Below, piece by piece: positions 25,406 to 34,366 of a stretch of 64,000 bases of DNA. The translations under genes were made by a program, and so were the position numbers. The notes under the pieces are model-generated. The model saw only the letters and a list, made by a program, of their open reading frames with translations, had not been told where the DNA came from and made no database searches. The DNA comes from an uncultured Spirochaetaceae bacterium (lineage in GTDB: Bacteria > Spirochaetota > Spirochaetia > DSM-27196 > SLST01), in contig CAZICD010000002.1 in assembly GCA_964537725.1 (NCBI GenBank), positions 32,356 through 96,355 of the forward strand. Reading direction: 5' to 3'. The stretch's first letter is position 1. Every line of letters starts with the position of its first letter.

Positions 25406-27600
25406 TGGCCGAGCCTCGTTCGCACCTCGAGGCGCGTAGACGCCTCCAGGCCGGGACCCACCACCTCGAGCGGGTCGGGGTGACGATCGCTTCGCGCCAC
25501 GATGTCGATCGCCGGGGCGGTGCCGCGAGCGACGGTGAATTCTACATCGAGCGGAAGCGGCGGACGCTTGCCCACGTAGACGTCCGCCCGGGTGCGGTCC
25601 GGCGTGATCGTGAAGGGGTAGCTCACGTCGTAGAGGACCATCGGTCCCTCGGAGAGGAACGTGATCTCGAGCTCGTCGATCGGCTGCGGCGCGTCGATGC
25701 GCAGGCTCGCGCGGTCGCGGTCGAGAAAGTCCTCGTAGGAGAGGCGGACCGACAGGACGTCGGGAAGGAGGTCGGAGGCGATGGTGTGCTCGCGTCCGGA
25801 GAGGTCGAGCTCGTACTCCTCGCCGGCGAAGAGCACGCGCAGCTCGCCCAGCGGGGCGGGGCTCGAGAGCGCGAGCGTGCGCTCGAGCTCCTCGTAGTCG
25901 ACGCGCTCCACCGCCGTCACCGGTTGGGGCGTCGACGGCGCAAACGGGTTGCTCAACAGGACGAAGACGAGCATGCCCGCGACCAGAGCTCCGGTGCCGA
26001 TCGACGCGAGGCGCAGCGCGAAAGCCCGCCGGCCCCGGACCGGGTGCCGCACGAGGAAATCGAGACGGATCAGCATCAGCAGGAAGGGCAGGATCATGAA
26101 CGAGAGCAGCAGATCTCCGCGCGTGGAGAGCAGGAGCTCCTCGGTGAGCTGCAGCTCGGGAATTCGCAGGACCTCGAAAGCGACTCGGACGAGGAAGTAC
26201 GGCGCGAGCAGGAGCGCGATCGCCTTGAGCGCCCGCTGCCGCACGACCGAGAAGACAAACGCCCAGAAGAACGCCCAGACGAAATAGTAGCCGAACGAGA
26301 GGTTGATCACGCTGAAGAGAATGATGTCTATGAACAGCATGAACAGCGCCGCGGCCGAGTAGAAGCTCCCGTTCTTCGACAGCGGAAGGTGTCGCAACAG
26401 CTGCGCCGCGACCGAGAAGAGGAAGACGGAAACCGTGATCTTGAACGCGAAGTAGGCCGCCGGGTAGTACTCCCAGATCGTGGGAAAACGCCTGGCGATC
26501 AGCAGGAGCTCGAGCAGGTAGGTGGCCGCGGTCAGGAATCCGAAGATGAGCAGAAAGAGGACCGGGATGTTCCACGCGTTTCGCCCGATCGTACGCAGGT
26601 AGCGCGCAAACTGGCGCCGGAACACCAGCGCGTAGAGCAGCGACGCGCCCAGCAGCGCGATCAGCACGATCAGAAAGACCCGCTCGCCGATCACGACCTG
26701 ACGCCGGCCGAGCTGAAAGTAGATGTAGTGCCGGTCCCACGCCTCCGGGACGCCGGCGGCGAAAGAATCGGCCCAGTCGGCGCCCATCAGCGCGAGACGG
26801 GAGGCGACTTCGGAGATCGCGGGCGGTTCGAGCCCCGACTGACCCGAGCGCAGGTAGACGGCGGGGATGCCCGCGTCGAGGTAGTCCACGAGCGGTCGGG
26901 GTGCGTCGGAAATACCCAGCCTGTGAAGCTGATTCAGGCCGGAACGGACCCGCGGCGCGATGCCGTTCGCCTGTGCGGCGTCGACGGCTGCGCGCAGGAG
27001 CCAGGACGGTGCGACGCGGCCCCCTCCGCCGGTTTCGACGACCGGCGGGAGCCGACTCACGTCGAGGTAGAGCAGCGCGTGCGGTTCCTCCGCGAAATAC
27101 GTGTCGAGGAACCGGCCGGTCCCCTTCGGGTAGCCGCCATTCGCGCCGTGTTCGGCGCCGGCGAAGACGAACCGGTAGGTCGCGCGCGAATCCGCGGACG
27201 CGGCGGCCTCCATGATCGAGAGCGCGGCGGCGACCGACGCGCTGCGGTCGTCGTCGGGCCCCGCGTCTTCGGGATGGTTGAGCGGCGCCACGATCATGAC
27301 CGTGCTCGATCCGCTGCCCGGTGCCACGATCTCGACGACGCGCGAGAAGGAGTGTCCGGTCGGGTGGTCGGAGAAGTCGAGCACGCGTGGCGTGAGCCCC
27401 GCCTCGCGCGCGACCCGCGCGATGTAGGCGACGAGCTCGGCCTCGCCCTCCGACGCCTCCGGCCGAGGGAAGGTCGCGCGGACAGCTTCGGCGTGCACTC
27501 GAACGTTGGCCGGGTCCACCGTGATCGCAGGCAGGCTGCCTGCGACCGCCAGCGCGAGCCACAGCAGGAGGGGGCGTCTGGGCATCGTGTTGATCACCAT
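25402..27600 (-). CDS. Polytopic membrane protein with an N-terminal M28-peptidase-like domain whose metal ligands look degenerate
   Basis: Signal/TM PRRPLLLWLALAVAGSL. M28-like segments are APLNHPEDAGPDDDRSAS and FVFAGAEHGANGG. About 9 hydrophobic helices follow, then a C-terminal soluble domain. The start could be ATG 27585 instead. Confidence 0.55.
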   Translation of the reverse strand: MVINTMPRRPLLLWLALAVAGSLPAITVDPANVRVHAEAVRATFPRPEASEGEAELVAYIARVAREAGLTPRVLDFSDHPTGHSFSRVVEIVAPGSGSSTVMIVAPLNHPEDAGPDDDRSASVAAALSIMEAAASADSRATYRFVFAGAEHGANGGYPKGTGRFLDTYFAEEPHALLYLDVSRLPPVVETGGGGRVAPSWLLRAAVDAAQANGIAPRVRSGLNQLHRLGISDAPRPLVDYLDAGIPAVYLRSGQSGLEPPAISEVASRLALMGADWADSFAAGVPEAWDRHYIYFQLGRRQVVIGERVFLIVLIALLGASLLYALVFRRQFARYLRTIGRNAWNIPVLFLLIFGFLTAATYLLELLLIARRFPTIWEYYPAAYFAFKITVSVFLFSVAAQLLRHLPLSKNGSFYSAAALFMLFIDIILFSVINLSFGYYFVWAFFWAFVFSVVRQRALKAIALLLAPYFLVRVAFEVLRIPELQLTEELLLSTRGDLLLSFMILPFLLMLIRLDFLVRHPVRGRRAFALRLASIGTGALVAGMLVFVLLSNPFAPSTPQPVTAVERVDYEELERTLALSSPAPLGELRVLFAGEEYELDLSGREHTIASDLLPDVLSVRLSYEDFLDRDRASLRIDAPQPIDELEITFLSEGPMVLYDVSYPFTITPDRTRADVYVGKRPPLPLDVEFTVARGTAPAIDIVARSDRHPDPLEVVGPGLEASTRLEVRTRLGQ

Positions 27601-27634
27601 AGGTAAAAGCCGTAAGATGGGTCAAGAGGAGCGC

Positions 27635-28144
27635 ATGGGGCTGTTACCGGAAATCGAGCGGCGCGCGAGCGTCAGGAGCTACACCGACGAGCCTGTGCCC
27701 GAGGACGCACTCGAGCGGATCCTCGAGGCCGGGCGGCTCGCTCCGTCGGCGAAGAACCGTCAGAGCTGGCGGTTCGTCGTCGTGACCGACGCCGGCGCCC
27801 GCGAACGGATCGAGGACGCCGCCTTCGGACAGGAGTACGTTGGCAAGGCTCCGGTGGTGATCGCGCTCTGCACGACGAATATCGAGTACAAGATGCCCAA
27901 CGGCCAGCTCTCGTATCCGATCGACCTGTCGATCGCGGCGAGCTTCATGATGCTCCAGGCGACGCACGAGGAACTCGGTTCCTGCCTCGTGACGACGTTT
28001 CGCGAGGCCGATGTGAAGAGCGTGCTCACGGTGCCGTACAGCATGCGCGTCGTGATGCTCCTCACCGTCGGACACACCTCCGGCACCCCCGAACGGCTGC
28101 AACGCCTCCCGCTCGACCGCATCGTAAGCTACAACCACTGGTAG
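27635..28144 (+). CDS. Nitroreductase-family protein
   Basis: RRASVRSYTDEPVPEDALERILEAGRLAPSAKNRQSWRFVVV is the classic nitroreductase N-terminus. A TTGATC-N17-TAAGAT promoter candidate (27590-27618) overlaps the first ATG (27617), so I prefer ATG 27635. Confidence 0.8.
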   Translation: MGLLPEIERRASVRSYTDEPVPEDALERILEAGRLAPSAKNRQSWRFVVVTDAGARERIEDAAFGQEYVGKAPVVIALCTTNIEYKMPNGQLSYPIDLSIAASFMMLQATHEELGSCLVTTFREADVKSVLTVPYSMRVVMLLTVGHTSGTPERLQRLPLDRIVSYNHW

Positions 28145-28146
28145 AC

Positions 28147-29763
28147 TCACCGTGACCTTCCCTGCAGCCGCGCGAGCTCGTCGCGCGCGACCTCGATCTC
28201 GTCCCACGGCTCGGCGCCCGAGGGCCCGATAATCGACGCCTCGTGACCCTTGCCCAGCAGTAGCACCGTGTCGCCGGGCCTCGCGGCCTCAAAGGCGCGC
28301 CGGATCGCGAGCCGCCGGTCGGGGATCAGCAGCAGGTCGCGTCCTTCGCTGCGGCCGGTCGTTCCCGCCGCGATGTCCTGGAGGATCCTCATTCGGTCTT
28401 CTCCCCGGGGATCCTCGTCGGCGAGCACGACCACATCCGCGTACCGTCCCGCGATCCCCCCCTGGATGGGGCGCTTGGCGACGTCGCGCTCGCCAGCCGA
28501 GCCGAAGACCGCGAGAAGCCGCCCCGCGGTCTGTTCGCGGAAGAAGGGGAAGACGTTCTCGAACGAGCCCGGCGTGTGGGCGTAGTCCACGACGACGGAG
28601 AACGGTTCTCGGGCGACGACCGACATCCGTCCGTGCACGGGACGCAGCGACGCGATCGCGTCGGCGAGTACGGCCTCGTCGCAGTCGGTGAGTGTGCGGA
28701 CGACCGCCGCGGCGGCGAGCGCGTTCGCGACGTTGAATCGACCGGGAATAGCGAGCGAGCACGCCGCCGATCCGCCCGGCGTCACGAGCGTGAACGAGCT
28801 GCCGGCGGGGGAGAGGCGGACGTCGGCGGCCCGGTAGTCGGCTGCGGCCGCGAAGCCGTAGGTGACCACCGGGCTCGCGGTCGCCGCGAGGAAGTAGGAC
28901 GCGTTGGGGTCATCGGCGTTCACGACGCCGAAGGGGCTGCCTGCGCCCGACCGTGGTGACCCGGGCGTGACGGCACCGCTCCCCGGTCGACCCGCTCCCG
29001 ACGCCGGGGCGGCCTCCGACTCCGACTCCACATCGGGCTGCCGGGCGTCCGCGTAGCACCCGGCGTCGAGCGCGCGGAAGAGGTTTGCCTTGTCGCTTCG
29101 GTACCGTTCGAAGCTCCCGTGGTACTCGAGATGCTCGTGCGTCAGGTTCGTGAAGACCGCCGCGCGGTAGCGCACGTGAGCGAGCCGGCAGCTCCTGCGC
29201 GACAGTCCGTGCGAGGTGCTCTCGAGCACCGCGTAGCGCGCGCCGGCCTCGCGCATCGATCGCAGCGCGCGGTGGACCTCCGGCGCCTCCGGGGTCGACT
29301 GGTGAAGCTCGTTCGGCTCCTCGTCGGGGCCTATCTGCATCGCCGCGGTGGAGAGGAAGGCCGATTTTCCGGCGACGCGGGTAAGGAGCTGATGTACGAA
29401 GTAGACGGTGGACGTCTTCCCGTCGGTGCCGGTTACGCCGATCACCTCGAGCTCGCGCGACGGCGAGCCGAAGAAGCGGTCTGAGAGTTCGCTCAGCGCG
29501 AGCCGCGCGCTGTCTGCGCGCAGCCATGCCACGCGGCCGGCCGGTCGCGCGGGGAGCCGCTCGCAGAGGATCGCGCTCGCTCCCGCCTCGATCGCCTGAG
29601 CGATGAACCGGCGGCCGTCGACGTGCTCGCCCGGCAGCGCCGCGTAGAGCGATCCCGGGGTCACGCGACGCGAGTCGTTCGTGATGTCGGTGACCTCGAT
29701 ATCCGGCGCGCCGTCGACGAGCGCGGAGTGCTCGAGCCCGCGCGCGAGCGCTGCTACCCTCAT
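28147..29763 (-). CDS. murE: UDP-N-acetylmuramoyl-L-alanyl-D-glutamate--(diamino acid) ligase
   Basis: P-loop GVTGTDGKTST and a Mur ligase middle and C-terminal domain (DYAHTPGS) are present. The third-residue specificity motif reads DEDPR (28405-28419). There is a Ser/Gly/Pro-rich insertion of about 45 aa. Confidence 0.9.
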   Translation of the reverse strand: MRVAALARGLEHSALVDGAPDIEVTDITNDSRRVTPGSLYAALPGEHVDGRRFIAQAIEAGASAILCERLPARPAGRVAWLRADSARLALSELSDRFFGSPSRELEVIGVTGTDGKTSTVYFVHQLLTRVAGKSAFLSTAAMQIGPDEEPNELHQSTPEAPEVHRALRSMREAGARYAVLESTSHGLSRRSCRLAHVRYRAAVFTNLTHEHLEYHGSFERYRSDKANLFRALDAGCYADARQPDVESESEAAPASGAGRPGSGAVTPGSPRSGAGSPFGVVNADDPNASYFLAATASPVVTYGFAAAADYRAADVRLSPAGSSFTLVTPGGSAACSLAIPGRFNVANALAAAAVVRTLTDCDEAVLADAIASLRPVHGRMSVVAREPFSVVVDYAHTPGSFENVFPFFREQTAGRLLAVFGSAGERDVAKRPIQGGIAGRYADVVVLADEDPRGEDRMRILQDIAAGTTGRSEGRDLLLIPDRRLAIRRAFEAARPGDTVLLLGKGHEASIIGPSGAEPWDEIEVARDELARLQGRSR

Positions 29764-29855
29764 AGCCGCGCATCTTAGTCGATGCTCGGGTGGCGGGCAA
29801 GTCGGTGGACTCGGCCGGCCGGATCATCGCGGGCCGGTCGGGCCCGGACGAAGAA

Positions 29856-29883
29856 GGGGCCGACTCCCGAAGGAATCGGCCCC
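29856..29883 (-). terminator. Candidate intrinsic terminator downstream of hflC
   Basis: GGGGCCGA...TCGGCCCC is an 8-bp stem with additional inner pairs. On the minus strand it is followed by the T-rich TTCTTCG. Confidence 0.5.
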
Positions 29884-29916
29884 GCAGAATGCTCGTACGA
29901 GCGCAGTAACGGCTCT

Positions 29917-30906
29917 CTACTGGCCGCTCTCGCTGTAGAGGAAGTTGAAGTAGTCAAGATCCGTCGTGAGCGTCTTGCTGAACCGCGGCAGCGTATCGCG
30001 GTAGCTCTCCACCGCGCGCCAGAACTCGAAGAATTCCGGATCCTGCGAGTACGCGTCGGAATACGTTCGCGCCGCGGTTGCGTCAGCCTGACCGCGGATA
30101 TCCTCGGCCTCGGCGAACGCCGCCGAGAGAATGCGGTTCTTCTCGCGCTCGAGCTCACCGAGGATCTGCTCCTTGCGGCCCTCGCCGAGCGATCGGTAGG
30201 CGCGCGCGATCCGCTGACGCTCGGAGATCATGCGGTCGTAGACGCTCGCGGTGAGCTCCTCCGAGTAGCGGATCTGCCGGATGACGACGTCGATCAGCTC
30301 GATGCCCCAGTCCTCCGCTTCGTCGCTCGCGCGGCTAAGCATCTCCTGCGAGAGCACGTCGCGACCCTTCTCTACGGGATCCTGTTCCTCGACGGTCACG
30401 ATGAGGTCGGCGATCTGTTCGATCCCCTCGACCTCCTCGGCCGTGTCGGGAACCGGCGCGTCGGCGCGGTCGAGCTCGTTGATGATGTTCGAGCTGCGCA
30501 CCGCCTCGTGGATGGCGTTCGCGGCGATGACGTTCGCCACCGCGCTCTCGAGCACGTCGTCGAGCAGGCCGTACGCCTGGTTGACGGTGATCAAGCGCTG
30601 GTAGAAGGCGCGTGGGTCGACGATCCGCCACCGGGCGGTCGTGTCCACGTAGATGAACTGCTGTTCGGCAGTCGGGAAGAGTCGCGGCTGTCCGTCCCAG
30701 CTCATCGTTCGTTCCGGATACTTGACGACGTTGTCGACGAACGGTGTCTTGATCTTCAACCCGGCGTCGTCGGCGGTCCTGACGATCTCTCCGAATCGGA
30801 TGATGACCGCCTGTTCACCCTCCTGCAGGACGTAGAACGGCCCGAGGATGAGGAAGACGATGACGACGACGGCTATGACGACCAGTACGGTTACGAGCTT
30901 TTTCAT
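29917..30906 (-). CDS. hflC: HflC (SPFH/band-7 protease modulator)
   Basis: An N-terminal TM segment is followed by the SPFH domain: VLQEGEQAVIIRFGE...GLKIKTPFVDNV. ATG 30906 overlaps the hflK stop (ATGA). Confidence 0.85.
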   Translation of the reverse strand: MKKLVTVLVVIAVVVIVFLILGPFYVLQEGEQAVIIRFGEIVRTADDAGLKIKTPFVDNVVKYPERTMSWDGQPRLFPTAEQQFIYVDTTARWRIVDPRAFYQRLITVNQAYGLLDDVLESAVANVIAANAIHEAVRSSNIINELDRADAPVPDTAEEVEGIEQIADLIVTVEEQDPVEKGRDVLSQEMLSRASDEAEDWGIELIDVVIRQIRYSEELTASVYDRMISERQRIARAYRSLGEGRKEQILGELEREKNRILSAAFAEAEDIRGQADATAARTYSDAYSQDPEFFEFWRAVESYRDTLPRFSKTLTTDLDYFNFLYSESGQ

Positions 30907-31955
30907 TGTTCACCTCCCGGGAGTGCCCTGTTCTCGCCCAGGTTGAGGAGCGGCAGGAAGTTCTGGAGGTTCCGGTCGACGAGCTCGACGTCCTCTTCGT
31001 CGGCAAAGACGTCTTCCACCATCTCGAAGTAGAGCCGCGTTCGCGTCGTCTGGGGGTCGAGCCTGTACTCGGCGAGGACCCGGTTGAAGCGGGCGACGTC
31101 GCCCTGCGCGGTGTTCACGCGCTCGACGCGGTAGCCCTCGGCCTCCTCGATCCGACGGCGCGCCTGGCCGTCGGCCCGGGGAATCTCGGCGTTGTACTGC
31201 TCGCGCCCCTCGTTGATGAGCCGGTTGAAGTCCTGGACGGCGCGGTTGACGTCGTCGAACGCGTCCTGGACGCGGCCGACCGGCGGGACGACCTGGCGAA
31301 GCTGTACCTGTCTGACACGGATGCCGAGATCGTATCCGTCGAAGATCTCGTTGAGCCGATCGACGGCCTGGATCTGGATCTCGGTCCTCTCGGCACCGAT
31401 GACGTCCACGATGGCGCGGTCGCCGACGAGCGCGTTCATCACCGACTGGGTCACGTCACGGATCGTCTTCACGCGCCGGTCGGCTGCGGTGTTGTTCGCC
31501 GGCGGCATCGCGCGGAAGCCGATTCCTCCCGCGACTGACTCGAAGTTGAACAGCCACGCGCGCGGGTCCATGATCTGGTACTGGATGATCCACTCGACGT
31601 CGATGATGTTCAGGTCGCCGGTGAGCATGATCGACTCGCGCGGGAAGTCCGCGGAGCTGAACATGGTCGTCTCTCCGGCGGTGCTCGTTCGGAAGCCGAA
31701 CTCCTCGCGGAGCACCTGCTGCACGCGTACGTTGTAGTTCTGATCGATCCCGAACGGCAGCTTGAACTGCAGTCCCGGTCCCGAAGTCATTAGGTATCTC
31801 CCGAATCGAAGCACTACCGCCTGCTCGGTCTGGTCGACCACGTAGACACTGCTCGCCGCGAGCGCAATCACGAAAATGGCGAGGAGCACGATGATCACCA
31901 GACGCGGCCGCAGGTTAAACGGCATCTTCGGAGGGGAAACGTCTCGTTCGGACAT
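30903..31955 (-). CDS. hflK: HflK (SPFH/band-7 protease modulator)
   Basis: An N-terminal TM segment is followed by VVDQTEQAVVLRFGRY...GLQFKLPFGIDQ. The gene is paired with hflC. Confidence 0.85.
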   Translation of the reverse strand: MSERDVSPPKMPFNLRPRLVIIVLLAIFVIALAASSVYVVDQTEQAVVLRFGRYLMTSGPGLQFKLPFGIDQNYNVRVQQVLREEFGFRTSTAGETTMFSSADFPRESIMLTGDLNIIDVEWIIQYQIMDPRAWLFNFESVAGGIGFRAMPPANNTAADRRVKTIRDVTQSVMNALVGDRAIVDVIGAERTEIQIQAVDRLNEIFDGYDLGIRVRQVQLRQVVPPVGRVQDAFDDVNRAVQDFNRLINEGREQYNAEIPRADGQARRRIEEAEGYRVERVNTAQGDVARFNRVLAEYRLDPQTTRTRLYFEMVEDVFADEEDVELVDRNLQNFLPLLNLGENRALPGGEQ

Positions 31956-31981
31956 AGAGCCTCCTGATATCTGCTGCCGCT

Positions 31982-32011
31982 AGAGTACGGGCTCTGCGAC
32001 GGCCGGGTCAA
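31982..32011 (-). promoter_or_regulatory. Candidate sigma70-type promoter for hflKC
   Basis: The minus strand reads TTGACC-N18-TACTCT, then a leader of about 20 nt with AGGAGG directly before ATG 31955. Confidence 0.45.
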
Positions 32012-32076
32012 GTGCGCGTAGCGCAGGCTGCCGGCACAGGCCGCGGGGCAGCCGCTGCCGGGCGACCGGACTTCGG

Positions 32077-32105
32077 TTGACCGCCGACAGTGCTCTCCCT
32101 ATAGT
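32077..32105 (+). promoter_or_regulatory. Candidate sigma70-type promoter for metG, placed for a leaderless mRNA
   Basis: TTGACC-N17-TATAGT. The -10 ends 8 nt before ATG 32114 with no SD sequence. Confidence 0.45.
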
Positions 32106-32113
32106 TGGCAGTC

Positions 32114-34366
32114 ATGAAGAAGCGACTCATCACATCCGCGCTCCCCTACGTGAACAACATCCCTCACCTGGGGAACCTCATCCAGGTCCTTTCGGCGGAC
32201 GTCTTCGCACGCTTCTGCCGGATGCGCGGGTACGAGACGCTCTACATCTGCGGCACCGACGAGTACGGCACGGCAACCGAGACGAAGGCCCGCGAGGAGG
32301 GCATCACGCCGGCCGAGCTCTGCCGGCGCTACTACGAGGTCCACGACGAGATCTACCGCTGGTTCAACATCGCCTTCGACCGGTTCGGCCGCACGAGTAC
32401 CGAGTGGCACACGAAGATCACGCAGGGCATCTTCCTCAACCTGTACGAGAACGGATACATCACCGAGCACACGATCGAGCAGCTCTACAGCGAGGCGAGC
32501 GACATGTTCCTCGCCGACCGCTACGTCCGCGGTACCTGCCCGCACTGCGGCTACGCAGAGGCGAGGGGCGACCAGTGCGAGAGCTGCGGCAAGCTCCTCG
32601 ACCCCACCGATCTGATCGACCCGCGCTCGGCTGTGGACGGCACGACGCCGGTGGTGCGCGAGACGCGTCACCTCTACATCGACCTCCCGGCGATTCGCCC
32701 GAAGCTCGAGGCCTGGATGAGGGACGCCGCGGAGAAGGGGAAGTGGTCGCGTAACGCGATCCAGATGACGAACGCCTGGATCCGCGACGGGCTCAAGGAG
32801 CGCTCGATCACCCGCGACCTGAGCTGGGGCATCCCCGTCCCGCTCGAAGAGTTCAAGGACAAGGTCATCTACGTCTGGTTCGACGCGCCCATAGGCTATA
32901 TCTCCATAACGGCGAACCACACCGACGAGTGGGAGTCGTGGTGGCGCGATCCGGAGAACACCGAGCTCTTCCAGTTCATCGGCAAGGACAACATTCCCTT
33001 CCACACGGTGATCTTCCCGAGCTCGCTGCTCGGAAGCGGCGAGCGCTGGACGATGCTCCACCACATGTCGAGCACCGAGTACATGAACTACGAGGCCGGC
33101 AAGTTCAGCAAGAGCAAGGGCGTGGGCGTCTTCGGAAACGACGCGATGGAAACCGGCATCCCCGCCGACGTCTGGCGCTTCTACATCTACTACAATCGGC
33201 CCGAATCGAGCGACTACCTGTTCACCTGGGACGACTTCCAGGAGAAGGTCAACGGTGAGCTCATCGGGAATCTCTCCAACCTCGTCAACCGGACGCTGAC
33301 CTTCGTGCACCGCTACTTCGACGGCCGACTCGCGGAGAAGGTCGGCGGCGAACGAAGCGACGCGCTCTGGGCGCAGGTGGAGCCCATGGAGCGGAAGGTC
33401 ACCGATCTGCTCGAGTGGGCGAACCTGCGCGAGGCGTTCCGCACCGTCTTCGCACTCTCCTCGCTCGGCAACAAGACGTTTCAGGACGCCGAGCCGTGGA
33501 AGACGCGCAAGGAGGATCCCGACGCGACGCTCGATCTGTTGACCGATCTCGTCTACCTCATCCGCGACCTCGCGATCCTCGCGAAGCCCTATATCCCGGC
33601 GACGGCGGACCGCATCGCCGGCTTCCTGGGCGCCGAAGAGCTGGTCTGGGCCGATTTAGGCACGCGAACCGGTCTGTCCTCGGTCGCGGCTCCGGAGATC
33701 CTGTTCAAGCAGCTCGCCGACGAGGAGATCGCGGCGCTCCGGGCGCGCTTCTCGGGGACGCAGGCGGAACGCGCAGCGGCTGACGCAGCTGCAGCGGCTG
33801 ACGCAGCTGCAGCGGCTGCAGCCGGCGCCGAGGGCGGGGGCGCCGAGGCGGGCTCGCCCGACGAGCGCCCCGTGGAGGAACGTTTCGCCGGGCAGGTTCG
33901 GCTGAAGACGGCGAAGATCACCTCGGTCGAAAAGCACCCGAAGGCCGACCGGCTCTACGTCGAGCAGCTCGACGACGGATCGGGCGAGGAGCGCCAGATC
34001 GTGAGCGGCCTCGTGGGCCACTACGAGCCGGCGGAGCTCGAGGGCCGCACGATCGTCGTCGTGGACAACCTCAAGCCGGCGAAGCTGCGCGGGGTGAAGA
34101 GCGAGGGCATGCTCCTCGCCGCGAGCGATACCGACGCGGACGGCAACGAGCGCGTGGACGTCCTCTTCCTCGACGATGTGGAGCCCGGGACCCCCGTGAC
34201 GCTACCCGGGGGCGAGTCGGGCGAGGCGAAGCGCATCGACATCGACACCTTCTTCTCCATCCCCATCCGCGCCGAAGGCGGGCGGGTTCTGGTCGGCTCG
34301 CAGCCGCTTCGCGCCGGCGAGACGGAGGTCCGCACGCGCGTCGTGGAGAACGGCAGCGTCGGATGA
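32114..34366 (+). CDS. metG: Methionyl-tRNA synthetase with a C-terminal Trbp111/EMAP-type tRNA-binding domain
   Basis: ALPYVNNIPHLGN (HIGH-type), KFSKSKG (KMSKS), zinc knuckle CPHCGYAEARGDQCESCG, and a C-terminal OB-fold region KADRLYVEQLDDGSGEERQIVSGL. ATG 32114 is preferred to TTG 32105. Confidence 0.95.
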   Translation: MKKRLITSALPYVNNIPHLGNLIQVLSADVFARFCRMRGYETLYICGTDEYGTATETKAREEGITPAELCRRYYEVHDEIYRWFNIAFDRFGRTSTEWHTKITQGIFLNLYENGYITEHTIEQLYSEASDMFLADRYVRGTCPHCGYAEARGDQCESCGKLLDPTDLIDPRSAVDGTTPVVRETRHLYIDLPAIRPKLEAWMRDAAEKGKWSRNAIQMTNAWIRDGLKERSITRDLSWGIPVPLEEFKDKVIYVWFDAPIGYISITANHTDEWESWWRDPENTELFQFIGKDNIPFHTVIFPSSLLGSGERWTMLHHMSSTEYMNYEAGKFSKSKGVGVFGNDAMETGIPADVWRFYIYYNRPESSDYLFTWDDFQEKVNGELIGNLSNLVNRTLTFVHRYFDGRLAEKVGGERSDALWAQVEPMERKVTDLLEWANLREAFRTVFALSSLGNKTFQDAEPWKTRKEDPDATLDLLTDLVYLIRDLAILAKPYIPATADRIAGFLGAEELVWADLGTRTGLSSVAAPEILFKQLADEEIAALRARFSGTQAERAAADAAAAADAAAAAAAGAEGGGAEAGSPDERPVEERFAGQVRLKTAKITSVEKHPKADRLYVEQLDDGSGEERQIVSGLVGHYEPAELEGRTIVVVDNLKPAKLRGVKSEGMLLAASDTDADGNERVDVLFLDDVEPGTPVTLPGGESGEAKRIDIDTFFSIPIRAEGGRVLVGSQPLRAGETEVRTRVVENGSVG
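33773..33823 (+). repeat. In-frame tandem repeat (18-bp unit, about 2.8 copies) encoding an Ala/Asp-rich linker in MetRS
   Basis: GCAGCGGCTGACGCAGCT occurs at 33773-33790 and 33791-33808, followed by a partial copy GCAGCGGCTGCAGCC. The peptide is AAADAAAAADAAAAAAAG. Confidence 0.8.

Noticed and set aside
24227-27625. 1132-aa ORF merging dinB with upstream sequence, and the 708-aa plus-strand ORF at 25480-27606
   Set aside because: The N-terminal 740 residues of the long ORF are an Arg/Pro/Gly-rich off-frame reading of the membrane-protein gene. DinB's conserved N-terminus begins right after GTG 25405. The plus-strand ORF is antisense shadow.
32012-32113. Possible regulatory leader (T-box or similar) upstream of metG
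   Set aside because: The best promoter candidate ends 8 nt before the ATG, which leaves no room for a structured leader.
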